Shown piece by piece: positions 51,683 through 64,000 of a stretch of 64,000 nt of DNA; position 1 is the stretch's first letter; the number at the start of each line of letters is the position of its first letter. This stretch comes from Eledone cirrhosa. Its lineage: Eukaryota. The notes below the pieces were generated by a model, which was not told where the DNA came from, did not search any database, and saw only the letters and a program-made list of their open reading frames with translations. The stretch is taken from contig OZ024743.1 of NCBI GenBank assembly GCA_964016885.1, positions 186,620,001 through 186,684,000 on the forward strand. The letters run 5' to 3'. The translations under genes were made by a program, and so were the position numbers.

Positions 51683-52066
51683 AAATGAAGGAACCATGCT
51701 TCATTGGATGTGCAATGTAAATGTGAGAGAAAGGCAGAGCTTGGATGACCTGAGGGAGAAGCTGGCTTTAAGAGGAATCCGAGATGGTGTGCAGGAGAGA
51801 AGACTGCATTGGTATGGACATGTAAATCACATGGACAATGGTCGGTGGGAGAAGAAATGCCAGGAAATCCAAGTGGAAGGAAGCTGCAGTAGCGAAAGAC
51901 CAAGAAAGACCTGGACAGAGGTGTGAGAGCTAACCTCAAATCGCTAAGACTGGCAGAATAGTTGATGAAGGAACGTGATGAGTGGAGAGATGCCGTGCTG
52001 AGAAGGACCCGTACAACCCATGCAAGTGTGGAAAAACAGATATAAAAATGATGATGATGATGATGA
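51683..52066 (+). mobile_element. RTE sister-family 3' fragment with short 3' end
   Basis: MLHWMCNVNVRERQSLDDLREKLALRGIRDGVQERRLHWYGHV..., ending acccgtacaacccatgcaagtgtggaaaaacagatataaaa(tga)n. Confidence 0.85.
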
Positions 52067-52137
52067 TATATACTTTGGGAGGGTCATGCTGCCAATAAAA
52101 ACAAACATACCTGTTGGATTTCACTCCAATTTCAATG

Positions 52138-52195
<58 letters not shown>

Positions 52196-53097
52196 CACAG
52201 TTCTAGAGTAAACCAATCTTAAAGAGAGAGATGGAGATAGGAGAAGAGAAGACAGATTGGTGAAGTTGTTAGAAGCCAAAAGCGTAGAGGCATGTACTCA
52301 ACGTGCAATATGCAGTGGAAGGCAGCTATAGGGCTGGGTTCATGCAGAGATTAGGTGCACAGAGCTGAAAATATTCATTAGTTAAGCAAAACAAGACCAC
52401 AAAATTCATATATATATATACACACTCACATATACTCATGAGATCTATTGTAAAGTATTCAACTTTAGGCTGAGAAAAGATTATGTACTTGGGGTTTTTA
52501 TTTATATTCTTATAGCTTGGGTTGAAATTATTATTGGTACTGTTTCCATCTTCCTATCTATTTCTATTTTTAGATCCTTGTTTGTCTGTAAGCCTTAAAC
52601 ACAACAGACGTGATATTGTAGTTATTCTCAGAAATAGGTATGAATGCCAAATTATTATCAGAGTGTTGATGTCACGACTCCAGGAGACAACAACAATATA
52701 ACCTTTAAAGAAATTGAACAAAAAAGAATCACAAAAAAAAGATCGAAAATGATAATAAAGTATTTTACATAATATTAAAGCATAATATTCTTCTCAAATG
52801 AGATCTCATGACTTATGTATATTGAACTGGGATTGAAACTGAGTCACAGACACGATGATCTGAGCAATTGTTGCTACAAGGCAGATTTTACTAACCTTAT
52901 GTTGGTAGTATCTATTTTATCACATGAAGATATGAAATATATCTTTCTTGGTAATATTTAAACTCAGAGCAATGAACTCATCATCATCATTGACCTGTAA
53001 CTTCATATGGAGTAGTAGGGGCACTCTCATGACATATGACGTATCTTGGGCAGTTTAACATGGCAGAGCCCATCTCTTTCAAAGTCTTAACTCAGTT

Positions 53098-53161
<64 letters not shown>

Positions 53162-54619
53162 ACTAAAACTGGACCTTTGTATTGGATTGGAACTTTATTT
53201 ATTGACCTCATTATATTGATAGTATTTATGTTATTAAATTCTCTTGTGAAATGAACTAGATATGACTAAATACATTATGACTAATCTAGCTTCCTATGAC
53301 TGGCACTAAATTCACTTACTCTGTCAGTAACAATAATAATTATTGGTATCTAAATTAAGGAACAATTATTATAAAAAAAATAACAAATATCAAACAAACA
53401 CAATTATAATATAAAATATATCTATAGAATAACCAATATTCCCAAGCAACAGATTCTGACTGAAAGGAAGTTTACTTTTTGTACTCAATAAACTTGATAA
53501 TTTGTTTGGCAAATGTAGGTGCCAATATCCAGAATTAGTTTGAAAGGCAACTTGGCACTAATTTCCCTTCTTAATCTACATATATCTCCAGCTACTTGTT
53601 ACTGTAGACATTTTTTTCTTCCAAAGCATATCCTGTAAACTGTCCTGCTGTGATGACAAATATTTTCTTAAGAGATGTATCAATGATATTATATAATGAC
53701 TGCAGAATATTACAGAGAACACAGTGATTGCTTAGTAGGACAATGACTTTATCCAAATAATACATTTAACAAACATATTAGCTCTTAACATCCTGTAATG
53801 ATTTAATAGAAAACTACCAAAAAGCTTGTTTTCTCAATTCAAATGAGTATCGCTATTTTTCTAGTGGATATATCATTAGGAAAATCTGCAGTATTAGTAA
53901 AATAGAGACTTTTATTTCTAATTTAATACAGTTATAGTGTTGTTTTGAACCTTTCAAGAATATCTTGCTAATGTGGTTTTATGTGACACAGGATGTTAAG
54001 AGTTAATAAATTATAGATGAGTTAAAACCTTATAAATGATCAAAGCACTGGGAATGTTTGAAATTTGAAAATGTGAAAGTCCCAAATGTAGAAAACAACT
54101 ATATTAACATCCAATCACTACAGATAATAGTTGAAAATACTGGATAAATTACACTTAGAGATTGAAAAGATTAGACAGAGGTGCTTCTGTCCACTTGTTC
54201 TCATCTCTAAAGATAAATAAGTTTAACAAAGTATCAATCTATTTTAATTGCAGAATCCAAATCAATACTACATCATACGACTGAAGATGATGACTGAAAA
54301 CACGACTGATTTTTTTAAATGTTGTTAATAGTTTGAAAAAGGATAGTGATTATGGCACAAAAGTATTTCTATTAGAAAGGGAAGGGTGGTGAGTTGAAAC
54401 ATATTAAACATAGTTATTATTATTGAAATAAAAAAAATATTATTTAATGCTGATGAGTATTTGTTTTCTAATGAAAGTTTCAATAACTATTCAATATGGT
54501 CTTGATATTAGTGACATGATTAGCTAGTAGATTCTGGATGTGTTATGCTTTTGTTTTACTCTCCCTCTAAAAACAAACTTGTATTGGTATAGGTAACCTA
54601 ATAATGTAATGTTGATTTT

Positions 54620-55040
54620 ATCATTAATATTATCTAATGTAATTTTATTCTGCAGAATTGTTGTTCTTTGTGACATTATCATTAATTAGCCTACACATTA
54701 CCAGTGAATTTAGTGGCAATAACCTTCAGGGATGAGCTTCTAAACACTGCTTCATTGTTGGAAAAAAATGTTTCAACAAACAAAATTCTTATATAAATTT
54801 AATTAATCTTTCATCAGATGAACTTATAAAGAGAACATTTCTCATTTCTCAAGACAGTTTACTAATTTCAGCTGTCATGGCAAAAAAAGAAACCATTTAC
54901 AAGATAGAGGATGTAGCATAGTAAAAGAAATCTATGGACATATTGATCAAGTCAAAACTATAAAAATATTTTATCTCAGTACAACACACCAGATGCATAT
55001 AATACATATGCATGGGTTTTATGTGATTAATTGTCTTCAT
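54620..55040 (+). pseudogene. Possible decayed pogo/Tigger-like transposase remnant
   Basis: Weak remnants SCHG.K and LSQYNTPDAYN reminiscent of the region preceding the DETG motif; many stops. Confidence 0.3.
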
Positions 55041-56339
55041 CAATATTATATTAGGTTTTCTGAATGTTCAATAAATGAAATAAACTTCAGCTGATATAAT
55101 TTTTAGTACATTGAAAACATTGTGAACTACTAATATTAATTCATAAAACCCTATTTGTTCTTCATTTTGTCACAACTGTCAAAATCCTTTGACAGCTTTT
55201 TGTTTAAATATATTCTGCAACTAATTCATCCATCCATTTCTATTAGTTATAATATATATTTAAAACAAAACTTTACTCATAAATAATGCAGCTATCATGC
55301 ATTGAATGAATGAAGATAACTTAATTTCTTTAAATACATTTTACTAAATACAAATGGTTATAATTTTAGTATTCTGTAGGGATAAAATAACATAATTCAT
55401 TTCAAAGTATTTCTCCTGTCTTGTCAAAACAAACAAATGAAATAAATGATAAAAACCATGACAGAGAGAGAGCACAAATCCATCACTTATACTAACCAAC
55501 TTCATTTCATCTAAATCCATCACTGTGAAAATGTATATTCTTATATCTATAAGACTAACAGAGGAAGCAGGAAACTACTGTAATACTCATATATAATCTG
55601 AGAAATATGTGACAAAAAAAAAAAAAAGAACATATTGCAACAATAAAGTAATCTACCTTTAATACATAATGCAGTGTCAAAGGAAGCAATTCATAAAAAT
55701 TTCTAGTGTGCTAAAGGTTAGTACATAAATATCCCATACACACACACACATGCACACGTTTGCCAACTGTTTTCCTCTTAGTAATACTTTTTCTTATGTA
55801 AGATTGAAATCTTATTTCTGACTTGTGTTTTATTGCTCTCATGCTCTTTCTTCTTGCTCTGCCTCTCCTCTCTCTCACTTGCTGTCTCTCTATCCCTCGT
55901 CTACTCTATGAATCTCTGTACAAAGTTCTCATTGAATCTCTTGCTACCAACAACTCCTAGCATGTGAGAGGCCAGAAGTAAACAAAAATTCAAGAAACTT
56001 GAAACTTAACAAAATGGATAAAGTGGTAAAAAAAGCATTACATTATATAGTTATATAGTTGTGAAACAAAAACGATATTCTAAAATATTTTAAAACAGTT
56101 TAAACATCGAAATATTAAAACTTTATAAATATATTTTATACTCATGAGCATTTCAAAACCAGGTCATCTAAACAATATGTTGACTAGCTATCTTAATTTA
56201 TAAACAAGGTTTGGATTTTTGCCCATTTCACACACATAAAATAGAAGTCAGCTTATATTTGGATTGGCTTATATTCGAGTATATATGGTAATTCTATTGG
56301 AATAAACTAATGATAATGTCATATAGGTTTTAAAATTGC

Positions 56340-56590
56340 TGCAATTCAGGGCGACGAGGGTAAACTCTCCAAACTATCAGTTGCTCTCAAGCAGCTTTAA
56401 GGTTGAGCCCGTAGCAAGGGAGACTTCTGGTGTCCTTGGCCCTAGGATTACCACCCTACTCACCACCATTGCCACAGAATTGGCTACATGCAGGTGTGAG
56501 CCTTGCGAGTTGGAACGTCTCTTCCAGTGTGTCTCCCTCATATTCTCTGGGGAAATACCTTCTCTATTCTGTCTGCCGGGGTCACAGGGT
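56340..56590 (+). mobile_element. CRE-like RLE non-LTR 3' fragment
   Basis: FKVEPVARETSGVLGPRITTLL....ELA....EPCELERLFQCVSL... Confidence 0.6.
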
Positions 56591-57731
56591 AGCCAGTGCA
56601 TGGGTCCCCATTTGTTCACAATAGTAAGAGATGGGGAAAGTGGGAGGGATGAAGGTAGTGACAGTGGGAGTTTGGTTCCATTGTGTTTGGACCTGGTATA
56701 TATGTATATATTTATTTACCACACCACATTAACTGTATATAAGGTATATTATTATAGTTTAGATATGAGATATTTTAGGTTTGACAATTAGTCATAAAAG
56801 AGAATATAATGCAAAATTTAGATTCAATTAATGATCATTCTCTCTAAGAGAAGAGAAATCTTAAATAGACACAATAATCTTCAATTGCAGGTTAGCTTTC
56901 CAATAAGAAATGTTGACTGCTTCACAATGTAAACATCATTAAGTGATGTGCCTAGGGACAGGACTAAATATACCACCTACAATAAAAATATGAACTGATA
57001 ACCAGACATTAACAGCATTCACAATACAAAGATGCTTATCTATTCCTTTTGTTTTATTGTACCTTTCTTCCTCCATATACAGACACAAAACAGAATCTGT
57101 TTTGATTAACTGTGCATAATGTTGAAGCTATTAACTATATTCATTTTAATGTTCCAGTTAGTCTGAGAACTGTAGAAAAATTGTGAAAACCTAGAAATAG
57201 TTTTTATTGGATTTAACAATTTTTAATTTAATATATCTATATGAAAATAGAACAAAGGTTTCAAAACTAAACAAAACCAAAAATCCTTGTTGCCGTTGTC
57301 AAAAACAGGATTATCAAGAAATCTTTCATGATATAAAACTATGTTTAGACAAGCATGGTCGTAAACTGAATATTAGATATATTTTTTAAAATTCATTGTA
57401 AAGATACCAAACAACATTTGGCTTACAATATCGTCCTCAACAAATAGAGAAGAAAAAAGAAAATGGAATCTCTACAAAGATTTTTTATATTTCAACACAT
57501 ATATTCAAATTTTTAAGAAGAATGTAAAATAGAAAACAGACAAAAAAAATATATATATATAAATAACCTTTGAAACCATGTAGAAAGAAAAAGTATTTGA
57601 AATATTCTCACAATGTTAAATGACAAAAAGTTAATAGATATATAAAAGATTTCTAAATAACATATCTGATAAAGTTAAAAAACAGGAAAACGAAACTAGC
57701 AAATGAGGCTTAATTTTGAAAAGTTTCTTAC

Positions 57732-57839
57732 CTTCACAGCCTTTACTTTCTTCTCTAGCAACTGACTCACTTTTTTTGCAGTTTCAGCAACAATTGTTGA
57801 ATGTTTTTTCTCCTCTGTTTTTAATTTTGTTTGGTATTT
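57732..57839 (-). CDS. Internal coding exon of a voltage-gated calcium channel alpha2delta-family (CACNA2D-like) gene, N-terminal helical region
   Basis: Acceptor ttttttctatattacAG and donor GTAAG; 108 bp, phase 0-0, encodes KYQTKLKTEEKKHSTIVAETAKKVSQLLEKKVKAVK. From memory this aligns with vertebrate alpha2delta-3 KYKEYEKDVAIEEIDGLQLVKKLAKNMEEMFHKKSEAVR, including exon boundaries. Confidence 0.75.
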
Positions 57840-60744
57840 CTGTAATATAGAAAAAAATATCACTAAATCTTCAATTTCTTATTCAAATAATACAATCAAC
57901 TATTTGACATTTTATCAACATGAAAGCATACAATTAACAAAATAGCAAGTGCAGTGGTTCTCAGGAAGGTTATTTTAAAGAAACTCCATGAGTTGAGATT
58001 TTGTAAGCTAAACTGTTAAATACACAAGCAAAATTGAATAATTTGAATTTGAAAATAATCAATAATTTCATTAGATTTAAATCAGTCTCCAAAAGAAATC
58101 ACAATTGGTTCATATCTAATATAAACACTCCTGCATCTTTGTTCATGAAAAAAAGTTATTTTTACAGAAATAGGAAATATATTACTGATACTATGCAACA
58201 AATTTTAGTGTTAAATATTGTTGGATAGTCATAAATTCCATATTTGCATTGGTACTTCCCCAGTGTTGGTTGTAAGAAAGGCATCCAGCTATAGAAAACA
58301 TGCCATAGAAAGGGTATGGAGGATTCTTCAGCTGTTTCAAAGACATGCCAACGTTCTTAGTGTTGGTGCTAATATAGAATGCATTCAGTAGAACATGGGA
58401 TTGTATGTTGGGTCTCTGGACCACTTATAGGTTACAGGTTTCACCCGAGTACTGGCCAGTCTGTGACGGCACATTCAGCATGTATATAATGCTAGAAATA
58501 GCAGTCAGCATACCTGGGATGTTTTTCTTCTTCTCTGATTTAAAACAAATGAGTATCAATAAACCTTCCTGGGTTATTCCATTGATGTACTTACTTTTTG
58601 ATTGTCAGTTTACGTTTTTGTGTGATGTGCAAAAGAACCAACCAACAAACATCTCACTTTTATATTATGTATGGATAGGAATAATCAACTAGATATCTAC
58701 TAATGACTTTTAAGTACAAATGATATTTATAGATATCACACACACACATACAAATGGCTGTTAACGTTCTAATATCAATTCCATTAAGTTTAATAACATG
58801 TCTTATTAACCACGAATAATCAAACCTGAATTGATATAAACATAACATTTTCTAGATTGATATTTAACAACTAGGCAATTATTTAACAAGTTTAGTTAAA
58901 TCTTATTCCTCAATGTTGAAGCAAGCTCAGCCTGTGTTATCTGTATTGTGTATGTTTACTTAAGTGTTAGGATAATTTCAGCACTTAAGGATTTGTTGAA
59001 ATACATGATTTTAATAGGGAGTTGTCCTAAGCAATGATTTACATGTTTTTGAAGTATTAAATTGTTAGATTTTCTTTCTAAATCTATTGCTGAAGATGTT
59101 GTGCCTATAGGGATATAAACTTTTGCAAGTAGAGTAGGAGAGGTTTGTCAATGAAGCAGTAGTCTATCAATGAGTCATAATTTGATTTCAGAGTTTAATC
59201 TCACTACATAAAAGCATTATAAAGAAATTAATAAAATTGATTGAAATAAAAAAAGATTAATAAGAAACATTTAAACATATGAAGCCAAAGAAGAACATTT
59301 GATTAAGAAAAAGTTAAAAAGAAAACCGAAATGTTTAGTTTGCTTTATGGATTCAACAATAAGGAAAAGACAAATGTAATTTGCTGAAATAATTCAAGAA
59401 AAACAGCATTATATGTAAAACAGGTGGCTAAATCAAGAAGTGAAGGTTAATGATATTTTACAAATATTTGAAAACCAACATCAAAACGAAAACTAGGGGT
59501 AAAACGTGAGTTAAGAGGTTTACTAATGTTTAATGCCTTTGCCAGACTTGAAGCATGTTGTCCAACTGAGGGAGTTTTTAAAATATATTTTTGCTTTCAT
59601 TTTTAAATTAATTTTTTTTAATGGAGCATTTTAGATGTCTATTCTTTTCAATAAATATTTAGCACAAGTTAGAAAATGTATGCTACTGTTGAACAAATAG
59701 ATAACAATAGTCATCAAAAACAAAACATAGCACAGTAGGGCCGTTTGCTTGGAAACAAATCGATTATTATTATAATTTGTTATAACCTATATTTACATTT
59801 AGCACAAGTCTAATGAAGTAAATGAAATATACTATCATTTACAACATGGTCAGAGGTTTATTTAGCTAAACATCTTTGTGTAATAATGTTTACAGAAATA
59901 TTGCATATATATGGATCAAAATGAATGTAATAAAAAATAATTCTAAAAATATTTTCAGTTAATAAACATTCTCATTTTTTCAGATAAATGTCAGATATAT
60001 ATTTAGTTTGGATTCATTTTGTTGCCTATTTACTGTAGTTTAAATAAGAAAATTTACTACATTCAGATGTTTTTTCTTGAAATAGCAATTAATACTAATG
60101 CAAGTTAAATATTAAAATCATGGATAGTAGTAGAGATTACTGAAAATGAAGTACATTCAGGCACGTGTATATATATATATATATGTGTGTGAGTGTGTTT
60201 TGTGATAGTGTGTGTAAAGGTGTATCGCTTAGCTAGAAAGTTGAGAGGAATACACTCTATTTCACTTTGATCTAGTTCAGTCAACTGTAGAAGCATCATT
60301 TCATCATGCCATTCAAGGGGTGTACTGAGGCAGCAAGAGTACAGTTTGACAACAAGCTGACAAGAAGATCTGGTTCAACATCCCCAGGTATTGAAGTCTC
60401 CTGAGCGCCATCTTACTGACAATGGTTTCATAGACACCTTTGTGCATGTTGATGATCTGTGGCTTATAGCTGACAGTCAGGTGAGATCTATACAATGCTT
60501 GATCTTTGGTGCATAGTCCTAACTGATTATAGTCCCAAGCTGAATGTGACCATATCAGAGGTGATGGTGGTATCTGTGTGCCACAGCATGTCCAGAAGCC
60601 CGCTTATGGCCCACCACTACAGCAGGTAAACAGTTCCAAATGCCCCAGTGCAGGATTTTGATAGTAAAGCAGTGAAGGAAGCAGCTATAAATGACTAAAT
60701 TAGCATTTAAAATAGCAATGTAAGTATGCTATACTCTCTTTTGA

Positions 60745-61232
60745 ATGAAATGCATGTCCTAGGGAAGGTCAAAGTTGCCATCTAAAAGATTCACCTATTA
60801 CCTGTCCTGTTGTATGGGTGTGAGTCCTGGACTGATGATGCAGTGCAAAAGCTGAGTACAGGCAGTGGAAATGCAGGCCCTACAACTGATTAAGGGTGTT
60901 ATGCAGAGAGACAGACTCTGGAACGATGTTATTAGGGAGGAGTTGGGTATGAAGAATGTCATTAGAGCCTCCAAGGAGGCCTAACTCCAGTGGTACAGTG
61001 ACATCCCACATATTGAAGATAGAAGAGTCCTCTAAAAAGGATTCAATTGGCATCTGACTACAAAAAGACCATTGAAAAGATGGATTCAGAACATCAAGGA
61101 GGAAGTGGAGCAAAAGAGATCAACAATGGTGACCCTTGAGGAGATTCAGCTGTTCCTGGCCAGAAGAACATGGAGGAACTTCTGGACTGACAGGCTATAG
61201 GCCTACCTAGTGTTGGGTGAGGATGAGGATCA
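60745..61232 (+). mobile_element. Decayed RTE-type LINE 3' fragment (third family)
   Basis: KVAI*KIHLLPVLLYGCESWT...AVEMQALQLIKGVMQRDRL.N..IREELG...LQWYSDI...KRPLKRWIQNIKE. Confidence 0.75.
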
Positions 61233-62804
61233 GCAAGAAAACTTTCCTATAGTGCCTGATAACTCTAATTAATTACAAATTCCATTGTTATTTCAATTCT
61301 AAGAATTTAATACTGAAACATAGAGCTTTAAGTATTTGCAAGTACACACACTTGTATTATAGCAGATAGTTGTATGTATAAATGCACTTATTAATTACAG
61401 CTTCATATCACTAATAAACAAATAATATTCTTTGAATGATAAAGAGATATATGCTGCTTTCTTTCTATATGTAAAATTATTCATGTTGAAGCCAACATTT
61501 GGCTGGCATATGTTCTCAGAAAATTAGTAGTTATATATCAGCAGAGATATAGAGTTTTTGAGACATTTGCAGTTTGCCTAATGTAGAAAATCTTCCATGT
61601 AGACAGTATTTGTTTTCCTATTAGGTTTTAAATGAAGTATTGATTTTTATCTGAGTTGATTTCGTTTTGAGTTTAGTTGTTTCCTGTATTGCTTTGGTCT
61701 TGATACTACTCTCCGTTTTATGAAATGTATTATGCTTCTAGCTTTCAGACACAGTTGTATAGTCAAGTATAGGATAATGCTTTTTTGTTACTCAATAAAT
61801 CTTTTCTAATTTCTTTATCATGTTTACTATAATTGCAATCATGCTTATATATATTAAATATGCATATTTAAAATCCACTCTTATAAACAGACTGTAATTA
61901 TTTTATTTCTCACCTTGTATATAAAACTAAAATATTCAATTTATAATTCATACAGCATTCAGAGATAATAGGAAATGTGATCCTAATGCTTGTGAAACAC
62001 CTTTAAACAGCGCTAACCATGTATGAGAGGTTGAATTATGGTTTAATAAGACTAATCAGCCTGGTACTAACAGATTAATAAACCATTATTCATGTTCATA
62101 CTGAAACAGTCATGTGGGTAGCAATATCATATGCAGGAGATGATTCCCTCTAATTAATAACTAGATTAACCCTTTTGTTACTATATTTCTAATGAAAAAC
62201 AGTATTTATGAAAAAAAATCAAATATTTTCAGGGATTTAGAAATATAATTATTTTAAAGTTTTTTTTTTGAATATAACTTAACAAAGGTTCTTACATAAA
62301 ATTATAATGAAAACATTTTAGATAAATATAAACAGTCCACCTGTAAGGTGGTTTTAGTGGTGCCATGACAAAAGATCCCAGTTCATGTTGTTACCTGGTT
62401 GGCATTAGGAAGAGTATCAAGCTGTAGAAACTCAAAATGGAGTACATGAGCACGATGTAGTCACCTGACTTGTCTAACTGTATAATGTGACAACCCATCC
62501 AGCCTATGCATGGATAAAAAAATAGGCATCAAATGGTGGTGGCAATCACGATGATATGATGATAATAATAAATACTTTAAGATAAATATCTTAGGATAGT
62601 ATCACAAGAGGATATTGCAGGTAGTTATGTATGTATGTATGTATGGTCCCGTAACTCCTGATATAGTCGTAGGGGCACCATATGTCAATACAGCATTTCT
62701 TGAGCACTTTTACAGACTGGCGGAGCCCATCCTTTTCCAGGCCTGAGTACAGAGAAAGATAGAAAGTAAGAGAGGAAATGAGAAAGAGATATAGAGGAAG
62801 AATC

Positions 62805-62955
62805 GACACCAGTACTAGACTTGTACTTTTTTTTATCGACCTCGAAAGGATGAAAGGCAAAGTTGACCTCAGCAGGATTTGAACTCAGAGAGCCAGAACG
62901 AATACCATAAAGCATTTTATCTGACGTTCTAATGACTCTGCCAATTTGCCACCTT
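62805..62955 (-). mobile_element. tRNA-SINE (related subfamily), minus strand
   Basis: ggatgaaaggcaaagttgacctcagcaggatttgaactcag...ctgccaatttgccacc is the reverse complement of the A box, B box and body. Confidence 0.8.
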
Positions 62956-63367
62956 ATATAGTTAGGTATAAAAAGGGTTAAACAGCAAGACAACAACATT
63001 GGATTTATTTTCTATAGTTAACACAATAAAATTGAGATGAAATTGTTATCTTCTTGTTTTCATGAAAATATCTAAACATGGGTGGACATTGAAATTGTTT
63101 TATATGCCTCAAGGACCATTGATTTTTAATTGATATTTACCAGACTAAAATTGATAATTGTTTTCTTTATTTTTTCTTGAATTTTGTAAAAGAAATAAAT
63201 GAAAAGCATATTTTTATCATTAACAACAGCATCAATATCTATTTTGCTATTCAAGGGCTATATGTATACACAATAGACATTTTATAAAGTGAATATATAA
63301 AGTGTGCAGAACTGTACAACAAAATTATATAAAAGTGAAAGATGGGGCAGGAACATTACACAGTAAA

Positions 63368-63541
63368 TTAACTCTTTAGCATTTAAACTGGCTGTAACCA
63401 GCTTCTCATACTGATGTTAAGGTATTGTTCTCAAAATAAATAAAATCAAAATCTCATAGATTCAATATTATGTGAGATAAAACTTTTCCCATGAAAATAC
63501 AATAGTATATATATAGAACAATGTAAATGTTAAAGGGTTAA
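63368..63541. mobile_element. piggyBac-type MITE
   Basis: ttaaCTCTTTAGCATTTA...TAAATGTTAAAGGGttaa. Confidence 0.8.
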
Positions 63542-64000
63542 GACATTAGCATATTTTAAGTTATACAAATAATAACACAAAGTAATTAGATTGTATAAAT
63601 CTTAGAGGCAATTATAAAAATATAAATAAAAAATAGGACAACCCAGCACTTTAGTTTGATTAAAGCACCCCACACGCTACCTTCTACTCTTACCTAGTAA
63701 TCCAAAAGTGCCTGTAAGAAATGTTTTGATCACTGGCTGTAAGGAGCTCTGAATGCTCTGGGCATAATCCTTTAAATGTTTATAGATCACCAATCTTTAT
63801 CAAAACACTGCCACTTAAATCTTTAACATTTACATTACTCTATATATACTATCGTATTTTCATGGTAAAGACTTTATTTCACATACTTATCTCACATAAT
63901 ATCGAATCTATGAGATTTTGATATTTATTTTGAGAACAATACCTCAATATCAGTATGAGTGGCTGGTTATGGCCAGTTTGAACAGAAATAGGTGAGGGAA

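Noticed and set aside
54445-54480. CTGATGA...GAAA motif
   Set aside because: No G-C closed stem II and no partner strands for stems I or III; chance match.
63693-63785. Candidate upstream alpha2delta exon on minus strand (KHLKDYAQSIQSSLQPVIKTFLTG...) with GTAAG donor
   Set aside because: The open frame ends in phase 1, incompatible with the phase-0 exon at 57839, and the acceptor is weak.

Overview
AT-rich, microsatellite-dense animal genomic DNA. The repeat landscape (tRNA-SINEs, RTE/CR1/R4-Dong LINEs, TTAA MITEs) suggests a coleoid cephalopod such as Octopus; this is an inference. The only host exon I can support is a 108-bp phase-0 exon on the minus strand (57732-57839) of a voltage-gated calcium channel alpha2delta-family gene, so most of the window is probably intron. 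The window holds one apparently intact RTE-clade LINE (ORF 8369-11488: APE endonuclease + RT with a C4HC3 PHD finger inserted inside the RT) with a densely structured 3' UTR, plus many decayed LINE, SINE and MITE copies. The most striking observation is at 147-218: a complete hammerhead ribozyme core (CUGAUGA, GAAA, AUC cleavage site, three closing helices) whose three strands are in a non-circularly permuted, pseudoknotted order. Most short ORFs in the track are microsatellite or transposon-antisense artefacts. Boundaries of decayed elements are approximate.
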